Origin: Selaginella moellendorffii
Taxonomy: Eukaryota > Plantae > Lycopodiophyta
Length of the DNA: 64,000 bases
Assembly (NCBI RefSeq): GCF_000143415.4
Contig: NW_003314337.1
Location: 850,711 to 914,710 of the forward strand
Reading direction: 5' to 3'
In this document: positions 1 through 11,200 of the stretch, piece after piece
Layout of the letters: every line of letters starts with the position of its first letter
Numbering within the stretch: the first letter of the stretch is position 1
Position numbers and translations under genes: made by a program
Notes under the pieces: generated by a model
The model's input: only the letters and a program-made list of their open reading frames with translations
Told to the model about the DNA's origin: nothing
The model's database searches: none

Positions 1-1276
1 AACTGCTCACTGTTCCAAAAGACTATACCACCGCTTGCAGGCTTCGGCAAGACCAAGTGTAGACAATCTGTGCTATCTCCACCCTGTCTCAAGTCCGTGC
101 AGCGCCTTGTCACTGGGGGCTGTGGACTGGATCGGGGCCTCACACTTGAGGAACGAGCTGGTGAAGCTGGGAGTGAAGCTCTGGGCTTGTTTGTCAGGTC
201 CGACAAGCATCTGTGGGCAAACTTCAGTGTCCGAAGAGGCAGCTCCTTGTTCAGTCCTAGGACCACGGCTGAACGATCTGGCTCTCTGGAGATCTCTTGG
301 CTTGGTTGTGCCTCTGAATGGGGGATTGTGAACTCACCTTCTAGTGAGGCTTCCATGTTGAGCCTGCAGGAAAGAAGTGCATCGTCCTGTTCCCCTCTGT
401 TTTTGGACGTTCTGGGTGGGGCAGACTTGAGTTCTCCTATCCCACGTCCTGGCTTTGCTGCTGCTGCACGTGCTGCTGCTCTGGTGGTGACGCCTGCCCT
501 GACCCTGGTGTGCCGCTCCTGTACTTCTGTGAGACATCCATCCCTGTGAATCCCCTCGACGGCGAAAGTGCTTGGGATAATTCCCCGCAAGCCTTCCTAA
601 CTTGTAACTGGCCCGAGACCCTCACGAGGCTCCTGAACTCCAGCCAATGACCAAGCAAGTGGGTGAGGGGAGGTAGCTTCGTCCTCTCCACCACTCTCAA
701 TGGGCACCTCATCTCTGGCTTGGCTTTTACTTCCAGCTTGTTCCAGGGCCTGGCCATCCCCCAGCCCTGAAACATCCACCACTTCTATCCCGTGGTTCTC
801 ATCTTGCTGGGTTGCTTCCTTGCGTGGCTCGCTTGCTGCCTTGCACAGCAATGTTCTCGCCGTTGATACAGAGGGCCCTTTCCTGTCCTGGCTTGCTGCT
901 ATACGTGTGCCAGAACCCCGACCTTGTAACAGGCCTCCTCGCGGGAGTCGAATGCTGAGGCCCCTACCTCGCCCTCCACGACCTTGAGAGCTCAGTTTGA
1001 TGGGTGTGGATGCTGTGATTCCCCTGCGGCTGTTCTCCATGCTGCTGACAGGGGAGTGAGTACACAGCAGAAGCAAAAAAAGGGGAACAATACTTCCCTG
1101 AATCTCACGGCGGATGCCCCCGCCGACGGTAGCAAGTGTGGGGAGATTGCACGCTCTCCCCTGAGCGCTCTACTACCTCTGGCTGCGCCTCCGATCACGG
1201 CAGCCATGGTACTGGGCGCCTTCCTCCACTTCCTCCCCAAAAAACGTCCAACATTAGGGTTTTTTGCGCGCAATGC
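1..1276 (-). mobile_element. 5' end (5' UTR and low-complexity ORF1 N-terminal region) of a probably full-length LINE copy; leftmost visible member of the tandem array
   Basis: It ends at the array TSD (1277-1292). Its terminus CAACATTAGGGTTTTTTGCGCGC resembles the full-length partner terminus CAACTTAGGGCTTTTGCGCGC. It has GC-rich minus-strand reading frames, but no diagnostic domain is visible, so the LINE identity is inferred. Confidence 0.55.
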
Positions 1277-1292
1277 AATCCGGCGAGATCGC
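1277..1292 (+). repeat. Target-site duplication AATCCGGCGAGATCGC; copies start at 1277, 2975, 22137, 23657, 25363, 26358, 28034, 29811, 30699 and 31617; empty site at 60505
   Basis: An identical 16-mer separates every element in the array. It also occurs uninterrupted in the PLE terminal region at 60505-60520. Confidence 0.95.
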
Positions 1293-2974
1293 TAAACATA
1301 TATGTACATTACCCCAATCCCAAAGGGATCGAAACTACATTGAGAGCGCACTCTCGAAGAAACTAGTGAAACTATGAGCGCGAACGCCCGGCGCTGCTCT
1401 TGGGCCGTCCGCCTCCCAGGTGACTCCACCGCGGAGCTTGAAGCCACCTGCTTCGCCTCGCCACTCCTCCACTCGATCACAATGATGCCAAGCCAGACGA
1501 ACACCATGTTGATCTAGCTCGACGTCGTCGCAGCCAAGCGGTCCAACTCGAGCACGATGACCCGGCGTCGCTCATGGGTCACTCGCCTCCAAGGTGACTC
1601 CACTGCACAAGCTGAAGCCACCTGTTACGCCCCAAGACGTGATGCTGTGTCTTGGAGCGCCTACCTCCCCAGTGTACTTCCAGCACTAAGTCGGTGCCCA
1701 TTGCGAACAAACTCCAAGGCGTAGAACAAGCAAGGTGTGAGCCTCCTCCAGCTCTAGACTAGAGCGTGCTACCTTGCCTCCCACACTAGACAAGTGCGCT
1801 GGCCCCCTTCAATGATATACGAGCCCCCGTTGCCGGCATCGCGACAATCACAAGGCTTGCAAGCCTCCGCGAACCTCCTCAAAGGACTAGCCCTGAAGCA
1901 AGAACCATGTGGGATTCCCTCCGCGAGCAAACCAACTTGGCCATCCGCCACTGGCCCCCTTTGTGACAGCACTTCCCTGTCACTAGATCCAAAAATGCGC
2001 CCATAGTGTCTTCCACGTCCATCCACCACGGACACTTCGCTATGTCGGGATGTCGTCCCGAACTGTCCTCCACCAGTCAACAAAGATCCCATGACTTGGT
2101 CGTGTTTCCACGACTCAAGTCGCCAAGAACTTCCGACACATGCAGCTTCACGCTCTCCGTACCTTAGTCGCCACCTTGCATGGCCTGACCTAAGGCGAGA
2201 AATCCCGCTCGAAGCTGCGAGACCAGCAACCGTGGCGTTTCCACCATGTTGCTGCCGTGCCAACCACATGCAACGAAGATCCCTGACACTTAGAGTGGCC
2301 GGATCGAAGATCCCGCCGCCACCCTAAGTCCTGCCCTAACCGCAGTTAGCCAAGAACCCTAACCCTAGCCACGAATTAGGGCAGGTGAGAACTGAGACCG
2401 TGAAGAATTTTTGCCTGCGCTTCTGGGAGGGTGTGAGCCTCCCTCCCAGCTATCCCCCTGTGAATTTTTGTGGAAAAATTCCAAGCCGTTCAGGAGTTAT
2501 GAGCTCCCAAAAAACTTGAAACCATGAGAAGCGAAAAAAGAAGAGGAGGAGAGGAGAGCGTCCAGCTGCTGCAGCCGTGGTGGTCCTGACTGCCCTCTCC
2601 ACTCCTCCAAATCTCTAAGCCCCGAAAAACCCTAGCCGCCGCCGAAGAACCCTAAAAACAGCAGCGACCTAGGGCCAGCGAGATCTCCAGATCCGTGGCA
2701 GATCTCGCCGCGGCCTTCTAGGAGGATGAGAATCTACACTCCTAGAAGCCCCCCGTCGAATGAATCGAGGTTTCTCCCAGCCGTTTGGGAGATATCGATA
2801 AAAACGATAGAGAGCGAGAGAGAAGAGGAGAAAGAGGAGGGAGACGAGCTCCGTGTGTTGCTGCCACGGTCTGCGATGCTTGTGCCGCCCTGGACGCTGG
2901 CTCCCTCCCTCTTTCTCACACTCTCTCTCTAGCGCCTTCGAGCTCTCTCCTCAAACAACTTAGGGCAATGCCGC
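1293..2974 (-). mobile_element. Non-autonomous non-LTR retroelement (~1.7 kb), near full-length copy NA1
   Basis: There are nine near-identical copies in the window, with a fixed 3' end (+ strand TAAACATATATGTACATTACCCC), variable 5' truncation and TSD flanks. It has no long ORF, and its 3' tail resembles that of the LINE. Confidence 0.9.
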
Positions 2975-3098
2975 AATCCGGCGAGATCGCTGAACGTGTA
3001 TGTACATTCCCCATGTCCCAATGGGACTAATACAAAAAATGGGCGTGCCGCCCTCTCAATGAGCTACTCTACGTGATCCTCATATGCCGCAGCTAGAC

Positions 3099-6000
3099 CT
3101 AGTCCTGGAGTAGAAGTGGACGTGGTCGTCTCGAGTGAATCATGTCGATGTCCAAGTCTCCCCCACGAGCTGACCTTAGAACAGAGTCTAGGGGGCGCCA
3201 TTGCCAGCGAATCTCGCCACCTCCCAATTTGCCGAAGCATGGGAGCCACCTAGATCTCCACTCCTCGAGCTGCCTCGGTTTCGCCCTCTCTTTCAGGATG
3301 GTGTAGTGAAGACGCACCGCTGCAAGAGTGAGTCTCCACCATGATACCACCACTGCCGATATTCTCGCTTGTTGCCCATCAAAGCGACAATGGTTCCGCG
3401 CCTCCCAAAGTGCCTGCAGTCCTGTTGCCCTCCAAATGGACCAGCGCTCTTGGCCCAACGCCTCCCAGATGGACATCCCAACTTCAGCCCCTGTCACATC
3501 CCACCGGACTCGCATGTTCCATCGGTGCCGTCCGTAGCAGCGAATACGCCTCCAAGCTGGACCAATGGCTGGGCCTCTAGCTCCCTCAAACCAGTGGAGG
3601 ATATCCCCACTCCGAGCCTCAAACTCTAGAATGTCTCCGAGTTCCTGCGTCGCCTTGAAGATCTGTCGCCAAACTTCTCTTGCCACGTCGCATTCCCATA
3701 GGACATGACGCGCTGTCTCCAGCTCGCCACACTCCTTGCACCGTCGGCATGCTTCTTCCTGGAACCGCTGTCCTACCGGCAGCCCGTTATTTGCCACCAA
3801 CCAAGAGGTGGCCTTGACTTTCTCCTGTACCGGTAGTTTCCAGAACGCAAGCGTGTTGCCCACCACCTGATTTGCTTCAACTCCTTGCTCGATCCATTTC
3901 TTCCAGAGCTTGGGGATCTCCCCTCGGGCCTCCTCCCTGCTGGTCAAGAGACCATCCCTTGCTTCCTTGACGCCGAAGGAGAAGAAGCTCCTCGCTCCTC
4001 GTTTCCATGCTGCAGGGTCCCAGTCCAGATCCTCGATGAGCTGCTGTCGCCACCATCTAAGAATGCCTTCCCCCTCTAGTGCAGCCAACGATTGAACCAC
4101 CACCGATTGCTTCGGAGCCTGTCGTATAACTCGAATCCTACCCTTGACCTCGTCATCCGTCACCATCGGCATGACCTGTTCGTCCCCTGCTGGCAACAGC
4201 ATGTCGCCTCTCAAGACTCGAAAAGGACGCCCAACATTTTGGTCTGGAGACACAACGAACCATACCTCCACATCCCTGTCCTCCCAAGCTGGTGTTGGGG
4301 CCGTGAACGCCCGTGTCCAGGCCCCCAAGCTACCTCGTTCCCTGTCTGGCTCCACGTCCCGTTGCAGAGCCACAAAGTCTCCAGATTTGAGACAACGCCT
4401 AGGCCAGAGCTGCCCCTGCTTCGCCTCACTCACTGCTCTGATAATGCGAAGAAGATCAAGGTGGACTTTCCTCCACCGTCCCGGGTTAAAGACCTGCATA
4501 TGCCTCGTAGTCTTCCTCCTGTCCTTGTCCAGAACCCGCACCAGCTGCTTGAGAGTTCGGAAGCCTGCGCTATGTAGCTTTCTCCAGATTGTGTAGTGGT
4601 CCTCCCTGCCCAGCGTCCTATCATCCAGTTTGAAGATGTCGTTGAAGAACAGGGGCTGGTTCAGCCAGTCCTCCGCTCGCCCTGGCAATTCCCTGCTGAC
4701 TGGAAATGCGCTCCATAACCGGAGAAACCCCTGGACTAGAGTGCCGCCCTTGACTACTTGTTTCGGCCCCTCGGCAAAGAGCCAACGTGGATCTTCTTCC
4801 CACGGTCTTGCAGTGTTGTGCTTGGGCCGGATTGCCAACAAGTTCTGCCTAAACATGAGTCTCCAAGGTTGATTACCTGGTTGAAGGCCCATGAGGAGGA
4901 TTTTGTACCGTAGCGCCTTCGCCATGTCACTCGGATCGATTACTCCAAGTCCTCCCAAGACTCGCGGACGTGTTGTAGATTGCCACGCGACCTTGGCCAT
5001 GCTCCTCCCTGTGACCAGAGCGCCCCGCCACAAATACTGACGGACCATCGTGCGTACCTTTCTAAGAGTGCGTTCTGGAACAGGCCAGATGGAGAGGTGG
5101 TACCAGATGCCGGGCAGAATGATGCTCCTAGCGACTACCACTCTCGCTGGCAAGCCGAGTTTCCGGGGAGCCCACTTCTGGATTGACGTTCGTACCCGTC
5201 GGAGCAAGGTGTCATCCTGAAGTGCTGCACTGAACCGAGTACCAACCTGGATCCCCAGGTACCTAGCGTCTTCTCCTGGTTTGAGCCACTGGAAGCCGAT
5301 GTCCTGCCCCCAAGATTCGATGCCTGGTCGCCCCCAATTTATGCCCACTGATTTGTTCCAGTTAATTGCTGCACCAGCCGCGAGGTTGAACGTCTCCAAC
5401 GCCTTCTTAGCTGCATCCATGTTCTCCTTAGTCGCAAGTAGGAACAGAGCAGTGTCGTCCGCAAAAGCACCATCAAGGAGTTCCCGAGACACCCTTGTGG
5501 TTCCCAGAAGTTGCTGTCTCGCAGCCGGCAGTGTGAGTCCTTTAATGCGTCTGCCTTCCGCTAGAAACGTGCCCAGGGCCTCAGCCACAATCAGAAAAAG
5601 ATAGGGTGCTAGTGGACACCCTTGGCGTACTGAACGTCCCAGCTGGAAACTCGGTCCCGTCTCGCCATTGATTGTGACTCTGCTTGCGGCTCCTCGGTAC
5701 AGTAACGAGATCCTAGCGACCATCTCTCTCGGGATGCCGATCGTGTTCATGCACTCCTCTAGGAACCTCCAGTCCACCCGATCGTAGGCCTTCTCGAAGT
5801 CTAATAGCCATGCTGCAGTTTGTTGGTTAGAGATCTCTGCCCATCTCTGAGCCAACAGGTACGTCCAGATGTTCTCTGCGATTTGCCGCCCTGGAACAAA
5901 CCCTGTTTGCTGCTCCCGGATGATCAGCGGCATGACAGCTTGGAGCTTGAGGGTCATTGCTTTGGCGTAGACCTTGTAGGACGTGTTGAGCATGGTGATT

Positions 6001-7603
6001 AGCCTCCAATTCTTCAGCTCCTGCAGGTCCCCCCTCTTTGGAATAAGCGCAATCTGGCCCTCAAGGATCTCACGAGGCAAGGTCCCATCACGTTGAGCAT
6101 CCCACCATGCTTGTAGCAGCAGCGGGCCTATGGTCTCCCAGTGCTCCTCGAAGAAAATGGGCAAGAGGCCATCGATACCTGGCTGCTTGTCGTTGCTGAG
6201 CTTCCCGAGCGCTTCCCGAAGCTCCTCCAGTGTGAAGTCCGTCTTCAGTGAGTCGTGCCACTCATGGGGGACTCGCTGGGGAAGGGACGCAAGCACTTCC
6301 ACCGCCGCCCTTTCCCTCTCTGGAGTCCACTGCTGGGCCGTATATAGAAGTTGGTAAAACTCCTGGGCGAGCTGTTGCATCCCCTGTTGGTCCTCGACGA
6401 CTCGCCCGTCACTGTGCTTCAGTCCTAGAATGGGAGGAGAGTCCGTCACTGGCCTGATTCCCCTAAAGAAAGCCTTGTTGAGAAGGCGTTCATTTAGGGC
6501 CCATCCATCTTCCATGGCCCGGACGCCCTTGCTCCATGCAGCGTACTCCATGTCACGTAGCTCGGCTTCACGTTCATCCAGTATTGTTTGCCACTTGAAC
6601 TCATCTTGCGTGTTCAGCAACATCCTGTGTGCTGCTGCGACCTTCTTCCTGGCCAGTCTAAGGTCCTTCATCACCGCCCCTTTGAGATCCTTCTGGCGCG
6701 CCCGGAGCTTCTGTGAGCAAGACAAGAGCACAGGGATCAGCCCCAGCTTGTTCTGCGCAAGAGCGTCGTGTATAAGCGCCACCGGGTCTCGCAGCGTGGC
6801 TCTAGTGATTGATCGCTGGACCGCTGTCCCTTTGTCCCTTTGTCCCTTTGGAGCTGGATCACGCATCTGAGGGGGTCGTGATCTGAGAAGGAGGCAAATC
6901 CCAGCCACGTTTTGAGGCTTCCCCCATCCTGCCGTATGCGAGATGAGGCGTAAATCCGGTCCAGTCTCGACTGGGAGGATACTGTCTGTCGCCTTGTAAA
7001 AGGGTGAGCGTGAGGTGCGAATCCCGCAGCATGCTGAAGGTCCATGAGCCCCAGTATGTCCATGAGCTGACTCCACTGCTTTTGTTCACATGGCTGAATT
7101 GTTTCCTGCATACCCCTGCGATCACAAACGTCCTCGACCATGTTGAAATCTCCCAGGACCAGCCATTCATCTGCTTGCCCCTGGGCAGACTGTAACACAC
7201 TCAGCCAGAATTCTGCACGTCTCCCTTTCTTCGTTGGTGCATAGACGTTGATTATCCCCACCCGTCCAAAGTGGAGGTGAAGGACAAGCAATTGAGCCTT
7301 TCCTGGGACGAGGACAAGGTGGTTTCGTACCTGAGCAGACCATTTGGTTGAGACTACCACTGCTGTGCCCCCTCCTGGTCTGGCCACTGCTTGCGTGGCC
7401 GGGTTCCACCAGAGCCGTCCCCTCATTCCAAAGGTGTAGTCTGAGGCCACAGTCATTTTGTGCTCTTGCAAGCATAGGATGTCGATATCTCCTTCTAAGC
7501 TGATCTCCCGGATGTGGGACTTGAGCTGCGCCCTTTTGTTGAGTCGACTGCCGGACCAGCTGAGTCCCCGGCAGTTCCAGGTGACGAGCGTGAGAGTTGT
7601 CAT
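3099..7603 (-). pseudogene. LINE ORF2: AP endonuclease + reverse transcriptase + C-terminal CCHC; one frameshift
   Basis: EN motifs are VTWNCRGL, LCLQEHK, NVYAP, LGDFN, SRLDRIY and SDHDP. RT motifs are LLDFEKAYDRV, VRQGCPLAP and AFADD. The zinc finger is CKECGELETARHVLWEC. Removing one copy of the 8-bp TGTCCCTT triplication (6825-6848) fuses the two ORFs into ~1,498 aa. Confidence 0.95.
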
Positions 7604-7856
7604 GGAGCCACGTACTTCCAAGAGAGTGAGGAGTTACGGGGTCTCGCCCTCCATTCTGTGGAGATGGTCCACACCGCAGTCATCTTCCCCTTGTGCTTCG
7701 TCCAGGAGAAGCCTCGGACAGTGTACTTCGCAAAGCCCGTCCACTCAGTGATAGCACTCTCCATGCGTGTGTGGTAGTCTCCAATAGAGACGACCTCTGG
7801 GAAGGCTGTGTTCCCGCGGCACATCAGCCAGTCTCCCGCCTTTGTGGGACTTAATT
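7600..7856 (-). CDS. LINE ORF1, C-terminal part (downstream of the transposon insertion)
   Basis: It is in frame with 21757-22136 once the insertion and one AATT are removed (WIPPKRELSPTKAGDWLMCRGN). Its stop overlaps the ORF2 start as ATGA. Confidence 0.85.
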
Positions 7857-7880
7857 AAGCTCTATTTCGTTAAAGTGGGA
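7857..7880 (+). repeat. Left terminal inverted repeat
   Basis: Reverse complement of 21729-21752. Confidence 0.95.
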
Positions 7881-8285
7881 ATTGTCATTATCCCACTTGT
7901 AAAATAAGGTTTCCAAATCTTTATATAGTATATAAATATAACAAAATTCAACTGCATTGAGGCACATGCCATTTTATTTTAAACAAGGAAATGTCTACTT
8001 AATCACTTCTCCTCCCCCTGCCACTGCTTCACCTCTCTCTTCTCCTTGTCATCGTCGTCCAATTTCTTTCCATCCTTTTAATATTGGCTCAGTTGCTCCG
8101 AGTCTAGGTGGAGCCCAAGTCCCCATTCAATCTTTACTTTCCCCTTATTAATAAAACAACTTCGTAGACTTCCAATAACATGCTGTAAATGCAAATCCTC
8201 TCAAAGAATTGTCTTTTAATATTAATACAATGGCATGGAACCCCATGCCATAATAAGTTACATTTTTAAATAAATACATGCCATC

Positions 8286-11200
8286 TCAGACTGTTATTTT
8301 TTGCCTCCAACGCCTATACAATAACCTTGGAATTTCATCACTCTCCACACTATCAGGATTTAAACCCAATAGTAATGCCATCTCTTCTCTAATACGTCCA
8401 CGCTCATGTTCAGTGGTCGAAGAACCCATCCGGTTGAGCAGATTATGGAGATGCGGATAGTGCTTGGCTAGACAATATACATGCCATAAATGATGACTGG
8501 TGTCTGTTCGATCAAATGGCTTCTGATATACCGTTCCATCTGCCATTTGGTTGATTTCTGCAGCCACCTCCTGGACTGGCCGGTTCTCTATCACCATCGC
8601 TTCAAGCCGTTTTGCAAGGTCCCCCAGAACATACGGTTTCTTCTCCCTAGTTTCCATACTGCAAGAGATGGGGTGCACTGCATATGTGTGCGTGTTCGCT
8701 GCAGTTTTAATCGGCGAGTCATCGATGATGAGGATTTCACTTGACCTAGCAGTCCGGTTCATCACTACAGCCTCTGCCTTGACGAAGATGGGCTTGCTAC
8801 CCCTCACATGGACCATAGTCAAGCAATCCTCCTGCGTTAGGAGAAAGTCAAATGGTAATATTACTCGCGTCTGATCGTGCATCATCTGTAGCAACGTTAA
8901 TGCATTGTGGCGCATCATGGATGTCCAAACTCCCAATTGCAAATTGAACCCGGCCCTCTGTTTTAAGTGTCGCATGGTCATTATTAGATCCCGCAGTTTC
9001 TCCCGTGTGATTAATGTGAATCTGTCTCTTTTGACCAACTTGCGACCGCAGGCTTTGGAGGGTGCAGTGACATTCGAGGACGAGCCACGCTCATGGGAGA
9101 AAAGGACACCGTTCAGATCAAAAACGATACAGTACTTTCACCGTGACTCTGAAATGAAATGCGTTAGCATAAAAAATGGTACAAGTCAATTTTACCATCT
9201 ACAATATTAGCGAATGGTGCTCCCGATGGTCGTTCAGAGGGTTTTGGTCGAGGAAACGTGAAGGGCGGAAATACTCTCCTCTGCAATGTGGGGTCAATCG
9301 CATCCGATGGCGTGTGGGCACATGCCATTTCAGCTGTAGACTCTGGTACAACTGGCTCAACAGTGGCATGGGGTGGTTCCGATGGCGTGTGATCACACGC
9401 CATTTCAATTGGTGCCTCCGTTGGCAAAGTGGACATGACCGAACAGGCAGCAGGGGTGGTGTAGGGAGGTTCCAACGGCGCGTAGTCAGACGATTGGGCA
9501 CACGTTGAGTCCGTTGGAAATGAGGATACGACCGGCTCGGCGGCTGGGGCGGCCTCATGCGGGTCCAATGGCGCCTGGTCACCGTCAGTTGGATACGTGG
9601 ACAAGATTGACTCAGTGGTATGGGCAGCATCAAGTGGAGCGTGGTCAGCTTGCTTGGCGTTGATATGGATAGTAGCCTCCACCAGCTCTGATGACTCTTG
9701 CAGGCAAGTAGAGTCCACTAGCGGATCCATATGCATGTCCAAATATCTCCCTTTGATTGAGATGGTATCCTCCCGTGCTACTAAAAACAAACTCATTAGC
9801 ACATTGAATCGACTATACTGTATTTACCATCAACTGCTATTGAGGAACTAGGACCGATATCACTTGGGCGCACTGCTGATTCTGAAGGATTGGACATACG
9901 TTTCGACCCTTGCTTGGCACTATCCTTCCTCGACACTAAAGGCTAGAGTTTGTATCTTAATTCAACTGAATAATCTCTACTTACCATTTCTTCTGCGACC
10001 TACATGGACAATGTTAGAAATGGTAAAAGGTTAGGAATGGATGTACTATTATTTACCTGATGGTTTGTCTTGTATGACCTTCCTCCGCTGCTCTTTGGCC
10101 ACCTCAGGCTGGCCATCGTTGTCATCATCGTCATCGTCGTTATTGTGATCGTCACCATTGTGAGGACCATCCAAGTCCTCTTCGTCCTCCTCTTCTTCGT
10201 CCTCCTCTTCTTCGTCCTCCTCTTCTTCGTCCTCCTCTTCTTTGTCCTCCTCTTCGTCCTTCTGCTCTTCCTGCTCATTATCTTTCTCTGGCTCCTCATC
10301 CCCCTCCTGCATTTCTTCCATAGGCTGCTCAGGCTGGATGGCTTGTTTTTCCAGGACCATCTTGGGAAAATCATCTAGCCGAGTCTCCATCTCAAAATAC
10401 AAGACATCCATAGCCTGTTTTAGTGCTTGACCTAGGACCGTATCCTCACGCGACTGTCTTAACATGGTTTCTGCACGTTCTTGCACCCTTCGAAGACGAC
10501 GAGATGAGAAAAACGTGGCCCTGACTTGAAAAGCATCCCTCATCCATTGTACCTCTCCATTGAGATTGGCGAAGGGGAGTCCGCCATAGGAATCTGAGTC
10601 AAAAGGTGGTGACTGGCTCCTTTCACTCAGCCCTTGATCTGCAATGAATGGCATGAGCACACACGCCATAACCGCGAGGCATTACCTATCATCTTTTCGT
10701 TGCCCTTCTTCCTTTTCGAATCTAACGCCTCTGATCCCGACGACTGTCCAACGTGCTTTCGCTTTTTATGACCACTGTCAGTTTGAGCTTGGCTGGTGCT
10801 TGCCTGTTTTGCCTTTGAAGAAGTGTCTCCTGCAAGGAATGGCATGAGACCACACGCCATTGCAAATATAATTTGTACCTCCTTTTTTCCTATTGCTTGT
10901 CTGTTTGTCCTTCTTCGACGCGCCACCAGTGCGCTTTTCAGTCCTCGTGTCTGAATATTCACAACGATCTATAATCAAAATGGCGTGAGGCCTCACGTGA
11001 CCTTACCTTGTGCAGGTTGTGAGCTCGGCCTAACATCAGTAGCTGTTAACGCCGTTTCAGCATCTGGGGGTGGCCACGCTCCTGCATACAGAGCTTGTGA
11101 GATAACATTTAAACTTAAAGTGCGTACTCACCAGGTTCGTAGAGAAGATATTGTTTTTCTTTGGCAACTGTAATTATATGCTCCATTGAAGTCACCTCTT

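Noticed and set aside
1769-2269. 166-aa and other short ORFs repeated in every NA copy
   Set aside because: They have no recognisable domain and are frameshifted in NA7. Their recurrence reflects copy identity only.
7851-7858. TTAA TSD (piggyBac, Kolobok or Sola3)
   Set aside because: Only the AATT TSD gives symmetric TIRs and also restores the LINE ORF1 frame.
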